A stretch of DNA of 64,000 bases from an uncultured virus (IMG/VR IMGVR_UViG_3300042549_010585) (lineage: Duplodnaviria > Heunggongvirae > Uroviricota > Caudoviricetes), in IMG/VR virus record IMGVR_UViG_3300042549_010585, one strand, 5' to 3'. Made by a program: the position numbers and the translations under genes. The notes beneath the pieces were generated by a model. It did no database searches. It worked only from the letters and a program-made list of their open reading frames with translations, and was not told the origin of the DNA. Below, piece by piece: positions 49,601-61,100 of this stretch (positions are counted from its first letter, which is position 1; each line of letters begins with the position of its first letter).

Positions 49601-52600
49601 TTGGAGATGTCGTATCCACAATTGCCAAAAGCTGGGCATTAACAGTCACAGGATATGATTCGCTTATATTGCCAACTTTATCAACAACTTGAACCCAAAC
49701 TTTTCTAGGGCCATCTGTTCCTAAATTTTGAGATGAATCTACATCTGTTGTAAATTCATCAGCGACACCATAAAAATCTTGATACCATGAGCCATAATGA
49801 TAGATGGTATAAGAAACCGCCCCGCCAATTTCGAATGCGCTCCATTGTTGCCAATCAGAATATATTACTCTGCCAAAGTCAGATTCTCTTCCAACTCTAA
49901 AAGCTAAAATGCCAGATTGAGAATCTTCAGCTTCAATACCAAGCATAGTAGTTCTTACGCCTGGTTTTAACTGGAGGTTGATTTTTGGTTTTCCTGTTGT
50001 CAAATATTGTGGAGCACTTAAATCTACAGTTACTCCATCTGACAATCCTGATGGCTCAGAAGACACCAACGCATGACTTTCGGCGCATACCCTTGTATGA
50101 ATTAAAGCAGTGTCCCAGACATTATCATGGCGCTCTCTGTAGGCATGAAATAACTTAAACCATAATGAAGGAACAGCCCTCCAAGCAGATGTTTCTACTC
50201 CATTTGTTACATTTTCCAACAATGTGTTTGATGCATCTTTGTATACATAAGCTGAAAATGAATTTGAATATTTTGCTCTCGCAAGATTTAATCCATAGGG
50301 TAGCTTAACAACAATCCAATAATCATTTCCAGTTGATAAACTCTCAGCAGTTTCATTGCCTAATACAAATTGTAATAAATTATTATTAGGTATTTTGAAA
50401 CCAGGAGAAGCATAAGGTGGCAACTCTTGACCAGAATCATATAAGCTTTCTGTATGTGGAGTTATCCAGTCTGCAAAAATTGGTGTATCTATTACCCCTG
50501 CATCATCTGTGTATATTTGAATAGACGGGAATATTGGAAGAGTATCTTCAATAAGATCTGTATTAGAATTGGTTACCATTAACTCAATCAACTGTGGATA
50601 AACAGCCAGGTCATAAACTCTTGTTGTTGGTGTAAATTTATGAATGAAATATGAATAACCTACAGTGTTCCAAGATTCGTATACAAAATCTCTAAATTCT
50701 GTATTTCCAGCCAGCATTTGTTGCCCAAGAAGTGGCTTCAAATATGCTGCTCCAGCACTTGCTTTAACGAGGTGCCTTTGGTTGACTAAATCTAATTCAG
50801 ATGAATTTACTTTTTTAGGCAAGCCATAAATTTGAACATTCCTTAAATACGCTTCGCCATATTTTGCAGTTGGTTCTAACACATTAATAGAAGCTGACGA
50901 ATGAGCAAGCCTAAATTCATAATCTACTTGTGATCTAACTCCAAATGAAACATACCAACCCATACCCATTCTAGAAGAAGGCAATGGCATTTCAAGTCTA
51001 GATGTGCCTACTAAATCTGTGCCTCTTTTAATAATGATTCTAGTCCCATCACCTATGCCATCTGGACTTTCATCACTAATTATTATTTTCCAAGATTCTC
51101 CATTGGTATCAGCATCATCATAGCTATAAGGTAAATAAATTTTATTAGTTAATGTATTGTCAATTTTTCGTTGAGTTATTGTGATATAAGAACTTTCTCT
51201 GTCAAAAGCGACCATCAAAGTCGGCTTGTTTATAAGTTCATCAGTATCTGAATTTAAACCGTCGCATCTGACACCCATAGGTCTGTCATTATAAGGATCA
51301 AATGGACCAGGAGCTGGTGTAAGTACTGGATTTGGACTTACGCAAACATAAAATTCACCATGCACTGGTAAAAAATCAAAATTAATTAAACATCTATCAG
51401 AAAATGTTGGCATGTAGGCAAAAACTTCTGCGATTGCCCTTCCACTTGCCGGTACAGCAGTTAAAAAATGATAACCATCAGAAACATCTACATCAGATGT
51501 TTCGGTGTTGTTTTCTTCAATCTCTTCCCAAACACCATTGGTTATAGCCGTTTGCCAACCTTCTACCGAAGTATTTGTAGTAGGCAAAGAATCAAATTGT
51601 ATATCATCATTATTGCAATCGCCAGAATCTACATCAAGCAATATTCTACCGCTACCAAATGCTATTTCATCAACAGAATATGAAACCGTTCCTGAAATAG
51701 CCTCTACAATTACATTCGCGCCTATATTTCCAGCATATCCTCTGGTTGCTAATACTGCAGAACCAAGCAAATATGATTTAGTTTTATCTGATTCTGGTGT
51801 TAAATATGCTCTAACAACTCTTCTTTCATCAAATACATTAGAAGCAATTATATCACCAGGTCTTACAAAGTCTGAAGAATACAATTCTATAATAGCGCCC
51901 TGTTTCAAATGATTTACAATTGACTTGGGTAAAGCAGTAGTTTGTATTTGATATGCTGGTCCTGAAATTATTCCAATCACATTATTGTATCTTCTGTACA
52001 ACTTTGCCCTCGGATATGTTCCTAAATTGCCATTTGCGAATTCTATTCTAATTTCAAGCTCATCTGATGTCCCGGAGTTGATAGCCTGAGTATGGCCAGT
52101 TGTATGAATCCTAAGAGAAACAGCAAAAGAATATGACTGATTATCATTAGCACTTATTGAAACTTTTGACTGAGCGAATAAATCAGGTGAATAAGTACCT
52201 GGAGCTATTGTGCTTGTTGAATAAAAAGCCTTACCGGTATTAGGTGTAAGCGATCCAGATGCAACAGTGTTAATTGCTACAGTTCCATCAGATGTATATG
52301 CGCCAGAAGAAGGAGTGTAATTATATCTGGTAAGAGTAGTGGCTGTATAGGCATTATAATCAGGTGCTAAAGTTCTTTTAATATTTGCTAAAGTTGTGAT
52401 ATTAGATTTAATATTATATGTTTCGTCCCCTGGATCTGTGCCTCGAAGTTCAACAATATCAGCAGTATATCTAGCTACACCAGTTCCATATAAGCCTGTC
52501 GCGGCTTCATTTGCTGCATTGAATCTCCATAAAGATTTTCTTCCACTATAACCTGTGATTCTTGTAATAGCGTCTGGCTGGCCAGGTCTAGTACCTGATT

Positions 52601-53156
52601 CTGGTTGCCAAAATACTTGGTCATATATTCCTTGGCTATTAGGATATGTACCCTGTTCTCCAGAAATTGATTGAACTTGAATTTGGTAGTAAACAGTAGA
52701 AAGTCCACCATTTGCAGAAAGCGGCCAGTTGTTAATAATAAATAAATCATCACCAGCTTCTTCAGATCTACTTAATTCTAAAGGAACATTGTCTGGATCA
52801 AAAAAGGCTGCAGGGTTAATATTAAATATAAAATTTTTATTACTTCCAGTTACAACATTAGCTGGGTTAGCATCATTTGTAGCATAGGGGAAGTCGTAAA
52901 TCTGAATTGTAGAAGATACCGCAAAATCTGGATCGTTTGAAAGTTTAATCCAATTAATTGTTTTTAAATCTACAGGCTCTCTTAAATCTGTATCTGCCAA
53001 CTGGAGTCCAAAGGTCAATGAGACTCTATTGTTGTCAAGGTCTGGGTTTAAGCTTGCTTTACCTGTGAAATATGTTTCACCATCATTAATGATTTCATTT
53101 TGAAGATAGCTATTTTTTAAGTTTGGCGGAAGTACAACTCTAATATTTAAAGACAT
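46647..53156 (-). CDS. giant structural protein (2169 aa) with Ig-like repeats and beta-propeller
   Basis: two D..S(G/V)...R...W..(W/F)...G.(K/R)...QV.D..(G/N)N.S repeats; S/T/G/Y-rich. Confidence 0.65.
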   Translation of the reverse strand: MSLNIRVVLPPNLKNSYLQNEIINDGETYFTGKASLNPDLDNNRVSLTFGLQLADTDLREPVDLKTINWIKLSNDPDFAVSSTIQIYDFPYATNDANPANVVTGSNKNFIFNINPAAFFDPDNVPLELSRSEEAGDDLFIINNWPLSANGGLSTVYYQIQVQSISGEQGTYPNSQGIYDQVFWQPESGTRPGQPDAITRITGYSGRKSLWRFNAANEAATGLYGTGVARYTADIVELRGTDPGDETYNIKSNITTLANIKRTLAPDYNAYTATTLTRYNYTPSSGAYTSDGTVAINTVASGSLTPNTGKAFYSTSTIAPGTYSPDLFAQSKVSISANDNQSYSFAVSLRIHTTGHTQAINSGTSDELEIRIEFANGNLGTYPRAKLYRRYNNVIGIISGPAYQIQTTALPKSIVNHLKQGAIIELYSSDFVRPGDIIASNVFDERRVVRAYLTPESDKTKSYLLGSAVLATRGYAGNIGANVIVEAISGTVSYSVDEIAFGSGRILLDVDSGDCNNDDIQFDSLPTTNTSVEGWQTAITNGVWEEIEENNTETSDVDVSDGYHFLTAVPASGRAIAEVFAYMPTFSDRCLINFDFLPVHGEFYVCVSPNPVLTPAPGPFDPYNDRPMGVRCDGLNSDTDELINKPTLMVAFDRESSYITITQRKIDNTLTNKIYLPYSYDDADTNGESWKIIISDESPDGIGDGTRIIIKRGTDLVGTSRLEMPLPSSRMGMGWYVSFGVRSQVDYEFRLAHSSASINVLEPTAKYGEAYLRNVQIYGLPKKVNSSELDLVNQRHLVKASAGAAYLKPLLGQQMLAGNTEFRDFVYESWNTVGYSYFIHKFTPTTRVYDLAVYPQLIELMVTNSNTDLIEDTLPIFPSIQIYTDDAGVIDTPIFADWITPHTESLYDSGQELPPYASPGFKIPNNNLLQFVLGNETAESLSTGNDYWIVVKLPYGLNLARAKYSNSFSAYVYKDASNTLLENVTNGVETSAWRAVPSLWFKLFHAYRERHDNVWDTALIHTRVCAESHALVSSEPSGLSDGVTVDLSAPQYLTTGKPKINLQLKPGVRTTMLGIEAEDSQSGILAFRVGRESDFGRVIYSDWQQWSAFEIGGAVSYTIYHYGSWYQDFYGVADEFTTDVDSSQNLGTDGPRKVWVQVVDKVGNISESYPVTVNAQLLAIVDTTSPTAGIEIVDNAGSSIDFTNTSTVNLKITSSDLITSVKDMRFRLINGEGTSAWSNFQQFSDVFTRSIIGTGSTSQLSGVKRIEIQVRDYGNNMSQPTGAWDNILPATYTVGAETFPRNVLINNAITWTAPGDIEEKVFMTAIKTESYSDVSLVDSRDSSFPSSTAYYGTSNDTATYLARINFSNTDNITLTVNSTTWYQVANSTVAGSNRFYVDGSKGYIVFIDTLPASPVFVCSVERTIAQVWRWDRNSVEKIGDVDITNERVILSIVSTDNEILLGGGSGNLWSFDGVNIVGPIFTASNDAGTELPISCLIKHQFQHESKEYIYVGTSIESFLFRAPVDGLEDSWASIATSGSPDTLHGLSYDISSATSAYDYIFFGTRQGKIFKYGRRLNKTNLTTETESMNAHVLKTSDVNEFEPILLPVNDMISVSNQVLVAIADRPEIYSYSEHLREIPSNNGEFVSSFAHNDAWSTQNFDIQYVQDHSPWQFYNNGRTDTRGQSVVSATAIEDPNSEFGFKYGMNIVGSSAQNQNFTSETGSDWEQAIVNETIYTVEFEMKHVSGLGSQGFEINDGRYYLDIQLTSSAIKVTSGSKSTTKNLVDLSDIVTPFELVSQTYPDKGIQKLWNFSTDSLEDSNSLNPGSGTGASAVTIQGWTNIQFCGLTTGSESETIGTTTQVSNHLVIDPTNTGSPLIGAKNLTSIMVDTHSLVLIKIRVDPALTYFAPNAKMLFTWSNSPDVTEFTDYEWFEQPLTYSSEFKTYILKPSWKGEVRSVYLKFEDIPDSASRPNIYIDYIAIVTESGNHQITRDFTPVRVGVNGTSIKVWVGKYENPIIFEDNFLSLASSTYQLRFGKTVQNEAASTWSYSRLRYYIGAVVPPVVRDIKDFYVSYRFNSTGGVRKFAEHQGSVWALTDGYYTKRLADNPDDHAFKAWSYYPQQQVWKYEDPQTSRFTGGSGIVRPLAVTSFKENLIVAGQRGIINNQKTVPS

Positions 53157-53228
53157 TTTTGCTTAACCAATTTTTATTTATAATTATAATTATTCTTTAT
53201 ACATCCAGCCAATCACTTGCTTGATAAA

Positions 53229-54194
53229 TTAAAATCTCAGTTCGCTTGTAGCTCTGGTTGTAAATGTCGATGCTGGGTCATCTGCTTTCATAGGCAATGC
53301 TATCTGTTGGATTATATCCACATAGACACTAAAATATACAAAGCCGTCAACTGTGAACACAGTGTCTTCTTCATAAAATACATAACTTCCAGAATATACA
53401 GATGGTCCAGAAGCAGAAATTTTTGTCAAACTAACAGCTACGGGATTTGTGATTGTATCCAAACCATTTGGTAAATAAATTAATAACTTTACAGGCAAGT
53501 CACTCGAAAGTTCTTGACTACAAACTACCCTAAAATACATAGTTTTACTTTTAGGGCCTTTACCTTGATCATAATAATATTGCTCTTCGTCAGTTAGGTC
53601 TTCGCCGTGGGCTGGAACTGTAGATATTACAGGAACGCCAAATCTAATAGGCCTTGGATGAGTCCAGGCATGATCAAATATACCAATTGAAAATTCTGGG
53701 CCTCGACTTCCTATTGGAACAAATATATTTGAATCAATAGTTAATGGAGAAAAATAATTCAAAGCCTGAAAGTCTTTATTTTCCTCAACTTGATATATTT
53801 CTATTCTTAAGTCTGGAGAAGATGTATTTAAGGTTAAAATATTTTTATTAAATGTTACAATTGTTCCATCTATAATATCTATTGCTATATTTAATTTGCC
53901 AAATTTTCCAATTGCTTTATTTTTTTGATAATTAAATGACTCGAAAGATTCTAATTTTAAATTTATAGATCTTACTTTTGGAGATTCTTGGGTATATAAA
54001 ATATTTAATTTATTATTTTCTGCATAGAGTGCTATATGAAAATTTTCTTCAATCTGATATGCAATTGCTTGCGATATGGCACCCAGGCATGAGTTAACTG
54101 GTGCATCAATTAATGTTAATTTTAATTTGTTTTTGCCAATAATAATATCAAGATTGTTATCATTTAAATTTGATTGTATTTTTAAATTTTCCAT
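53229..54194 (-). CDS. hypothetical protein
   Basis: 321-aa ORF in the structural block. Confidence 0.65.
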   Translation of the reverse strand: MENLKIQSNLNDNNLDIIIGKNKLKLTLIDAPVNSCLGAISQAIAYQIEENFHIALYAENNKLNILYTQESPKVRSINLKLESFESFNYQKNKAIGKFGKLNIAIDIIDGTIVTFNKNILTLNTSSPDLRIEIYQVEENKDFQALNYFSPLTIDSNIFVPIGSRGPEFSIGIFDHAWTHPRPIRFGVPVISTVPAHGEDLTDEEQYYYDQGKGPKSKTMYFRVVCSQELSSDLPVKLLIYLPNGLDTITNPVAVSLTKISASGPSVYSGSYVFYEEDTVFTVDGFVYFSVYVDIIQQIALPMKADDPASTFTTRATSELRF

Positions 54195-54198
54195 ATAT

Positions 54199-57100
54199 TT
54201 ACTCAGAAATTAAAATGTCTCCATTAGGTGTGAACTGCAAACCAACTGGATGAATAACCCCACTCCAGTCTGCCCTAACTCTTCCAGAAACATCATATTT
54301 AACCAGCCTGCTATTGGTGCCATTTGTTGCAACATCATCTAAAGCCACCCAGAAATACAAATTATCTGGATCTGGCAAGGCCCTGACGGCATCTGCGCCT
54401 ACAGTTGTTATAGTAGCCAAAAGAGTATTATTTCCAGACGTGGTTTGATTTATCAAAAGAACTTTGCCGTTAGTTGATGGACTCAAGGCAGGAGCTGCTA
54501 CTAATAAATTTCTACTCGTTAAATCTAGTGGATCAGGCGTATACAAATATGCACTACCACCCTTGCCTTCTGTAAATTCTACAAATGTTTTCGAAATTGT
54601 TTTAGAATCTATAGTTTCTCCAAGATTACTGTAATTTTTGACTGAATTTTCACCCACCATGGCTACTACCCAATTATTAGATTCTATAACTTGGATACTT
54701 ATTGGCGAATAAATATTATCAAAAACTATTTCTCCAACAAATACAAGTATTTTTACTGGTGTTTCTGATTGAGGGCCTATCAAATCAGAATCAATTGCGC
54801 CATTTAAATTAAAATCTCCATTTACAGTAGCAGTTGTGCTTTCAGTTAATAATCCAGTAAAAGATACAAATTCAGTCTGTGCATAACTTCCCGATCCTAC
54901 AATTTCATAAAGCTTTGTATCTCCATCAATATATGATGGGAGATCTGTTCCATCATTGTTGTCTGTAGATGTAGATTCGGTAGAATACGCCACTCCGTCG
55001 TTACCGTCAGATGTAATAAAGCCAGTTCCAATATTCAGGAATATATCGCTTGACCATGAGTCAATTTGAGTTTTTAAAGTTCCAGTAAACGTCACGACCA
55101 ATGTTGCTGTTTTTTGTGTAGTGCTATTTAAAGGCGTTACTGGTGAGAATTTTTCAATTTTAACTTGGTTGACTGCAGGTCTCCCTGTGTTATCAAACCC
55201 TATGACCTGAACACCCGAAGACACGGATGCTTTTTTTAGTGCATCACTTGTGTTAGCAAAATTAATATATTGACTAAAAGATATCCACATCTTTCCAAGT
55301 CTTGGATTATATTGAGCCGTTAACGCCACTAAGTCTCTGTTGTTTCTTTTGAGTCTTAAGTTGCCTTGGATAGCCCTAACAAAATAACCGTCTTGATCTA
55401 CCTCTACAACTCTATCGTTTGCTGTGTCAGCAAAAATATAATGATTATCAACAGTCTGAAAAACATCTCTAGGGCTTTCAAGGCCTTTTCTAACACTATA
55501 GTTAAATGCTTGGACTGGTGTTGTATATAAATCAGACAATCCTATTAATAAATTATTATTTTCTGTTGTGCCAAATCCATTAGAATAGTCGCCAAGCCCA
55601 TCGTTCCATTTAATAAAATTAAAATAACCAACTTCACTTGTATCATTAAGCTGAATTCTGTTATTTGTAGGAGGATTTATTATATTAGTAAATGTCCTAC
55701 CTGTTAAGAAGTCTGCATTGGTAGTCCAGACCTGAGGCGCTGCTGCTCCAGAAATACTAGTAAAGTGAAGTTGAATAGAATCAACTTCTGGAGAGGACAA
55801 TCTGTCACTTGATGATGTAAGCAAAACAATTACATCTATATATCTGCCAGTATTGTTTCTTGCATCTATTTCATATGTTGTTTGTGAAACATCATAGGGT
55901 AAAGCGCCATTAAGTGCTAGATGTGTGTCTTTTGTTCTAGTTTTAATAACATAAGAACCATTATTACTAACTATATCCCAAGTAACTTTATTATATAAAG
56001 GAGGTGGAGTATTCCCATCGAATCTAAAGGTAAAGGTTCCAGATTGATTATAATAAATATCATTCCAGGTAAATATACAGCCTTGTAAATCAGGGAAAAT
56101 ACCTTCTGCTGGCGCTCCGTTTTGTCTTACATAGCTAACTCTGTATGGAAGATCTCCTGGATATGTCGTAGGTACGTTTAATTCTATTTTAAATTCAAAA
56201 TCGTTGTTATAATAAAAACCAAAACCTACTACCTGCGCTCTGCTTGATGAAGCTATAAAACTATCCATGTTTACTTCAGTATAGTACTGAACGCCTGCGC
56301 TTGGCCTGGCCGCTGCATCATGTATCAACACAGCATCCGAAACATAAATACCTTCACCCTCTAGAAAATTAACTGAAGTTCCTGTGCCATCACTCAAAAT
56401 CAAATAAGCATAGATATTTGTAAATCCAGCCCTTGGATCGGCTGGGTTGTCTGGCAGATTTACAGTATAGCCTATTGCTAATTTATTTACTCCACTGTAA
56501 TCTCTTGGGTCTCCACTAAATAAAGTATAAAGGTATTCAAATAAACTAATATCTGAGTTTCCGTCTAGCGAACTTGATGCAAAGACATGGTTATAATACC
56601 AAGGACCGCCAGAACCTGTATTAATAGTTGAATCACTTATCTTGCTATAAGCATAAGGCTTAGACAAAGTAAAATAACTACTTGCTGTAGTTCCAAATAT
56701 TTCAATATTTCTTGAAAAATAACTACTACCAACTTCGGCTGATGTATCAGTTGCGGCATAAGCAGTGCTAAAATCGGTATTAGTCGTCCAGACAACAAAA
56801 TCAGATATGGCTGTTTGAGCTTCTCCACCAATGATTTGATGATTAGTTCTGTCAATGGTAGCTAGCGTCACATCCACTGGGACATAAGGTCTGGAAACGC
56901 CAGTTAAGCCCACCCCTGCCCATGTACTATACCAAGACACAAACGAGTCATTTTCATTGTATCCTGGTAAATAAAGTATTGCATTAATTAAATTTTTATC
57001 TACATCACTCAAGCCTGATTGTTTTTTAAGTGCTATGGCCAATTGAAGCATGTTGGCTATAAAAATATCTGACAATCTGGGCGCGCTTGAATCTTGCAGC

Positions 57101-57846
57101 TCTGCCAACAAAGAATCTATCTCACTATGGGTTAGTGTGCCTTTGTTGGAAAGCGTTTCGTGATCTATTTGGGGTATTCTTTCGGGCGCAAAAGTACCCG
57201 ATGTAACAGTTGATGCATCTAAGTCAGAAAGAAACACTCCAGATAATTTACCTTGGACATGAGCTCCTAAATCTATAGGGCTTGGATTTCTTGTTCCGCC
57301 AATATGCTTGTGAGCGTTTATTCTTGCATTTAAGGTTTCAAATAAGCTAATTACTACTCTTCCATAGTCAGCTGTATTATAAACGGTATATGTAAAATTG
57401 GTACCATCATAATCAATTTCAACCGCACCGAGACCTATGTAATAATTTGGATCATTGATTTCTGAAAGAGATGCAACAAAGTCGACTGTTGATAATTCTG
57501 GAGTTGTAGCGTTAGGAGTAGCATATATCCAATATGTGATAGGATAAACACCACCAACCGGATATGACAATGTAACATTTATGTTACCAGTTGTCCTAGC
57601 ATATTTCCAAGCTACATGACCTTCACCTGATGTAATATATACTGATAGTCCAGTTGTATCAGTTGGTGGTTGTATTAACCATGAAGCAGTATTTCCATCT
57701 TCTAAAACACCATTACCAAAGATAGTATATAGGTGCAAAAGATTATTTTCAATGGCAAGAAAACGAATCTGATCCATATCTAGCATTTCGCCAGTACGAT
57801 CTGAAGCCTCTAAATAACCAAATCCATAAATGTTCGTTTTCTTCAT
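54199..57846 (-). CDS. large structural protein, N-terminal paralog of 35947-42417, with NHL-like blades
   Basis: shared H.H.GG...PS.I.L and G...P.RI...DH motifs; PRDV...IFADTANDRVVEVD, HPVGLQFTPNGDILISE. Confidence 0.65.
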   Translation of the reverse strand: MKKTNIYGFGYLEASDRTGEMLDMDQIRFLAIENNLLHLYTIFGNGVLEDGNTASWLIQPPTDTTGLSVYITSGEGHVAWKYARTTGNINVTLSYPVGGVYPITYWIYATPNATTPELSTVDFVASLSEINDPNYYIGLGAVEIDYDGTNFTYTVYNTADYGRVVISLFETLNARINAHKHIGGTRNPSPIDLGAHVQGKLSGVFLSDLDASTVTSGTFAPERIPQIDHETLSNKGTLTHSEIDSLLAELQDSSAPRLSDIFIANMLQLAIALKKQSGLSDVDKNLINAILYLPGYNENDSFVSWYSTWAGVGLTGVSRPYVPVDVTLATIDRTNHQIIGGEAQTAISDFVVWTTNTDFSTAYAATDTSAEVGSSYFSRNIEIFGTTASSYFTLSKPYAYSKISDSTINTGSGGPWYYNHVFASSSLDGNSDISLFEYLYTLFSGDPRDYSGVNKLAIGYTVNLPDNPADPRAGFTNIYAYLILSDGTGTSVNFLEGEGIYVSDAVLIHDAAARPSAGVQYYTEVNMDSFIASSSRAQVVGFGFYYNNDFEFKIELNVPTTYPGDLPYRVSYVRQNGAPAEGIFPDLQGCIFTWNDIYYNQSGTFTFRFDGNTPPPLYNKVTWDIVSNNGSYVIKTRTKDTHLALNGALPYDVSQTTYEIDARNNTGRYIDVIVLLTSSSDRLSSPEVDSIQLHFTSISGAAAPQVWTTNADFLTGRTFTNIINPPTNNRIQLNDTSEVGYFNFIKWNDGLGDYSNGFGTTENNNLLIGLSDLYTTPVQAFNYSVRKGLESPRDVFQTVDNHYIFADTANDRVVEVDQDGYFVRAIQGNLRLKRNNRDLVALTAQYNPRLGKMWISFSQYINFANTSDALKKASVSSGVQVIGFDNTGRPAVNQVKIEKFSPVTPLNSTTQKTATLVVTFTGTLKTQIDSWSSDIFLNIGTGFITSDGNDGVAYSTESTSTDNNDGTDLPSYIDGDTKLYEIVGSGSYAQTEFVSFTGLLTESTTATVNGDFNLNGAIDSDLIGPQSETPVKILVFVGEIVFDNIYSPISIQVIESNNWVVAMVGENSVKNYSNLGETIDSKTISKTFVEFTEGKGGSAYLYTPDPLDLTSRNLLVAAPALSPSTNGKVLLINQTTSGNNTLLATITTVGADAVRALPDPDNLYFWVALDDVATNGTNSRLVKYDVSGRVRADWSGVIHPVGLQFTPNGDILISE

Positions 57847-57859
57847 ATTTGACTATCCG

Positions 57860-58081
57860 CTATGTTGTTTTTGGAGCATTCTCTGATGTAATGTCTTCCA
57901 CGCCCCAAGTAGAAATACCCCATCTGAATACTTCAGTTGATTGCTTAATGTTATATTCTGTAGTAAGAGGCACATTTCCGACAAAAGTATTTGCAGCCGA
58001 GCCATCTGGCATTTTCGTATTTGGAACTGTTTTAGCAATTTGCGCTGCAATTACCGAAGACAAAGATGTAAATCTAGGCAT
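57860..58081 (-). CDS. small hypothetical protein
   Basis: 73 aa, fills the gap in the minus-strand operon, AAGGGG RBS. Confidence 0.65.
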   Translation of the reverse strand: MPRFTSLSSVIAAQIAKTVPNTKMPDGSAANTFVGNVPLTTEYNIKQSTEVFRWGISTWGVEDITSENAPKTT

Positions 58082-58102
58082 AAATCAAAACCCCTTTAGA
58101 AA

Positions 58103-61100
58103 TTATTCTCCAATAATGTCTGGAAATCTTTCACCATTAATACTTGCTCGGATAATATTCTCACCAATATCGAAAGTATAATCTACATTTGCATAAATAT
58201 AACTACCGGTTTGGTTATCAGACCCACCCTCAAATGATTTAACCATGAATGTGCCAGATGTATTAAGTGGCTTAGTCACAAATACGTTCAATTTTATAGC
58301 GGTAAATGTTTCCCTTGCAAACTTTTCGCGGAAACTAAATTGTTCTCTAGCTATAGCCTCATTTTGGAAGAAATTTGTCGTTTCATCAATGTCTAAATAT
58401 TCTTTATGGTACCCAACATAGCCCAAAACAGGTTGGCTTTGATAACTACCAATATCTGTATCAGCACTTGGATTTCTCACAAATTTATTCAATTTTTCCA
58501 AAGATGTTGAACTCAAAGCATTATTGATGCTTTTGGATGAAGACTCTTTATAAAAAATTGATAAGTCGTGTAATTTTGTAGCCAATATGACTTTACTATG
58601 TAAGTTTGAAATCCTTGTTGTTTCTGTCCACCCTTGGGCTTCTACTATACCATGTTCTCTATCAGGATTTGAGTTTGCAAGCTTAATAATTCCACTGGGG
58701 TCTGAATTATCACCAGCAAAAAACAAACTATCTTGTGGCTCGTCACTCCTAAGGCTTAACACATATCTGTGCTTTTCTGGATTCCAATAAAATACTGGCA
58801 AGCCTTGGTCTCTGCTAAATGGATCTCCTGGAGTGTAAAGCATTAAACTCAAAAGAGTTTTAACTACATCTTTAATTTTTTTAGACTTGTCAACTGTTAA
58901 GATATCTCTTGCTAAGCTTGTTGGAAAATTTAAGCCGAGCGCGCCGATAACTTTATTAAAAAAGTTTTTATATAATGCATCATATGTACCGTCTGTTCTT
59001 TCTGGCCTTGGTTCATAAACTTTTGATAAGCCCGCAAAATAAAAACTATCTTCAAGCATTCTTTTAAAGTTTCTATTACTCATGGGATAAGCTGAAGTTG
59101 TATTAAATCTGATGTCTGAAAGCAAAGAGTCTCCTAAATCTTGACAGCTTACAGTAACTGTAAAGCCATCTGGAGTTCTGTTTACAGTAACGTCTCTACC
59201 TATGCCTTGAAAATATGTATTTAATTTAGAGTCATAACCAGCTTTCAGTGTAAACACCAGTGTATTCTCCTGAATTGCATTTAAAATTTGTATACCAATT
59301 AAATCATTTGTCAAATTAGCAAAAATTAATTCAGCAGTTGCTTCTTGATAAGAATTATTTCTATTTGCACTTTTGTAGTTGATACTTACACGAGCTGAAG
59401 CCAAATAAGAAGACAAATCTGAATAATTACCCCAAATTGGACGAGTAATCAGATCTCTTTGGGCAGCTTCTGGAAAATTTCTAAAATAGAAGAATACAGG
59501 TCCTTCTATTGTTGTTTCATAATTAATTTGGCCTGTGACCAAAGATCTTTTATTATCTGGAACAGTATTGTCTGTAACAACGCTATTTTCTTCATAACTA
59601 AATTCTGGAGTATCAAAATAATCTGAATCTGAAGCATTTCTTCTTCTCCAGTCACCATAGAATGTTGGAGAATCAGATTCTCCAGTACCTAATATATCTG
59701 TATATATTGGCTTTCTCTTTGTAATAAAACCTTGTTTAAGTTGAGTAGGACTACAGGATCCTGTAAGGTACTCTTTTTCAGGTACATTGAAGTTAACAAC
59801 AATTCTATTTCTGGCATCATTATTTGCTGGACTTATATAATCAGCATTAAAATTATTAAAACATATTGGTGAATATGTAAAACTAGATGCTATATTTTTA
59901 AAATAAATTTCAATTATAGATTTTTCTGGAGTGTACGGCTCATAAATAGAATCGTCGCTTGATTCTTCTGTAAGTTGGTCTACTTTAATAGGCTCAAATA
60001 CATTCCAAGTAGATATATCTGGATCGAAACCAATATACATATTTGAACCAGCATAATGCACAAATATATCAACTTTATTTGATGATCCAAAGGTTGGGCC
60101 ATTCAAATCTACTCTACCCCAGTTATTCAATATACTTTGTATTGTGTTACTTTGTGTGCCTGGTCTTTTATACCTTAAACTTGGAGCTTGATTTGCTGTA
60201 AAAACTATTACAAATTCAGTGATTCTTCTCTTGGCTGGCAATTCATTTTTATAGCCCCAGTAAACTAAAAGTTGACTTGTTTCAGCCGAATCTTTGGTTA
60301 CAACCCTTGAAGGATTTGTGATATCTAAATGTATCCAAAAACCACAATTTGGACCACCTTTAGCTTTGATATCTTCTGGTGGATTAATTATATTATTAAC
60401 ACTAGGATAATATAATTTACATTTGCCTTCGTCGGTATTATCATAGATAAAATCATCAGCTATTGGAAATATTCTTCTTAATATACAGGGTTTCCCTTGA
60501 GCATGAACTGTAACCCTCGCACCATTTTGAGTTACATTTGTTCCAACAGAATTTCCGCCTGCAGCTTTATAGTTAACAACACCAGTATTGAGCAAATAAG
60601 TTAATTTTGTTTGATCAACATTTTGCTGAGTCCAGATATTGTATGTTGATCTTTCTTTCAAAGATTCAAAAGGACCAACTTTAGCCATAGGGACAAATGG
60701 AAAAGAACCTGGAGGGTAAACAAAACTAACGCCTGTACCTGAGCTAATTGGTTGTGTGTTTTCCCTTAGTGTGTTCTCGTCTGACCCTTGAGGGACCGTA
60801 TATGTTGTCTCTGGACTGAATTTAGAATAAATTCCACCTTTAAGCAAATTGAGAATTGGATGAGCTTTGCCAGGCACTATTGCACCCTCGGCAAATGTAG
60901 CAGCAGGAGCCCCAATTAATAAATTTAATTTAGGAATTAATCCACCTGCGCCGCTGGATAATGTTGCTATATTTGGAGAGTATTTATTTCTTTCAATTTG
61001 TTCATAAAAGGTAGCTGAAAGAGTATTTGAAGGATCTTTTTGTTGCTTACCTCTAGAGTATGCTCCAAAAATAGATCCTTGTTCAGGCAAATAAACAGCA

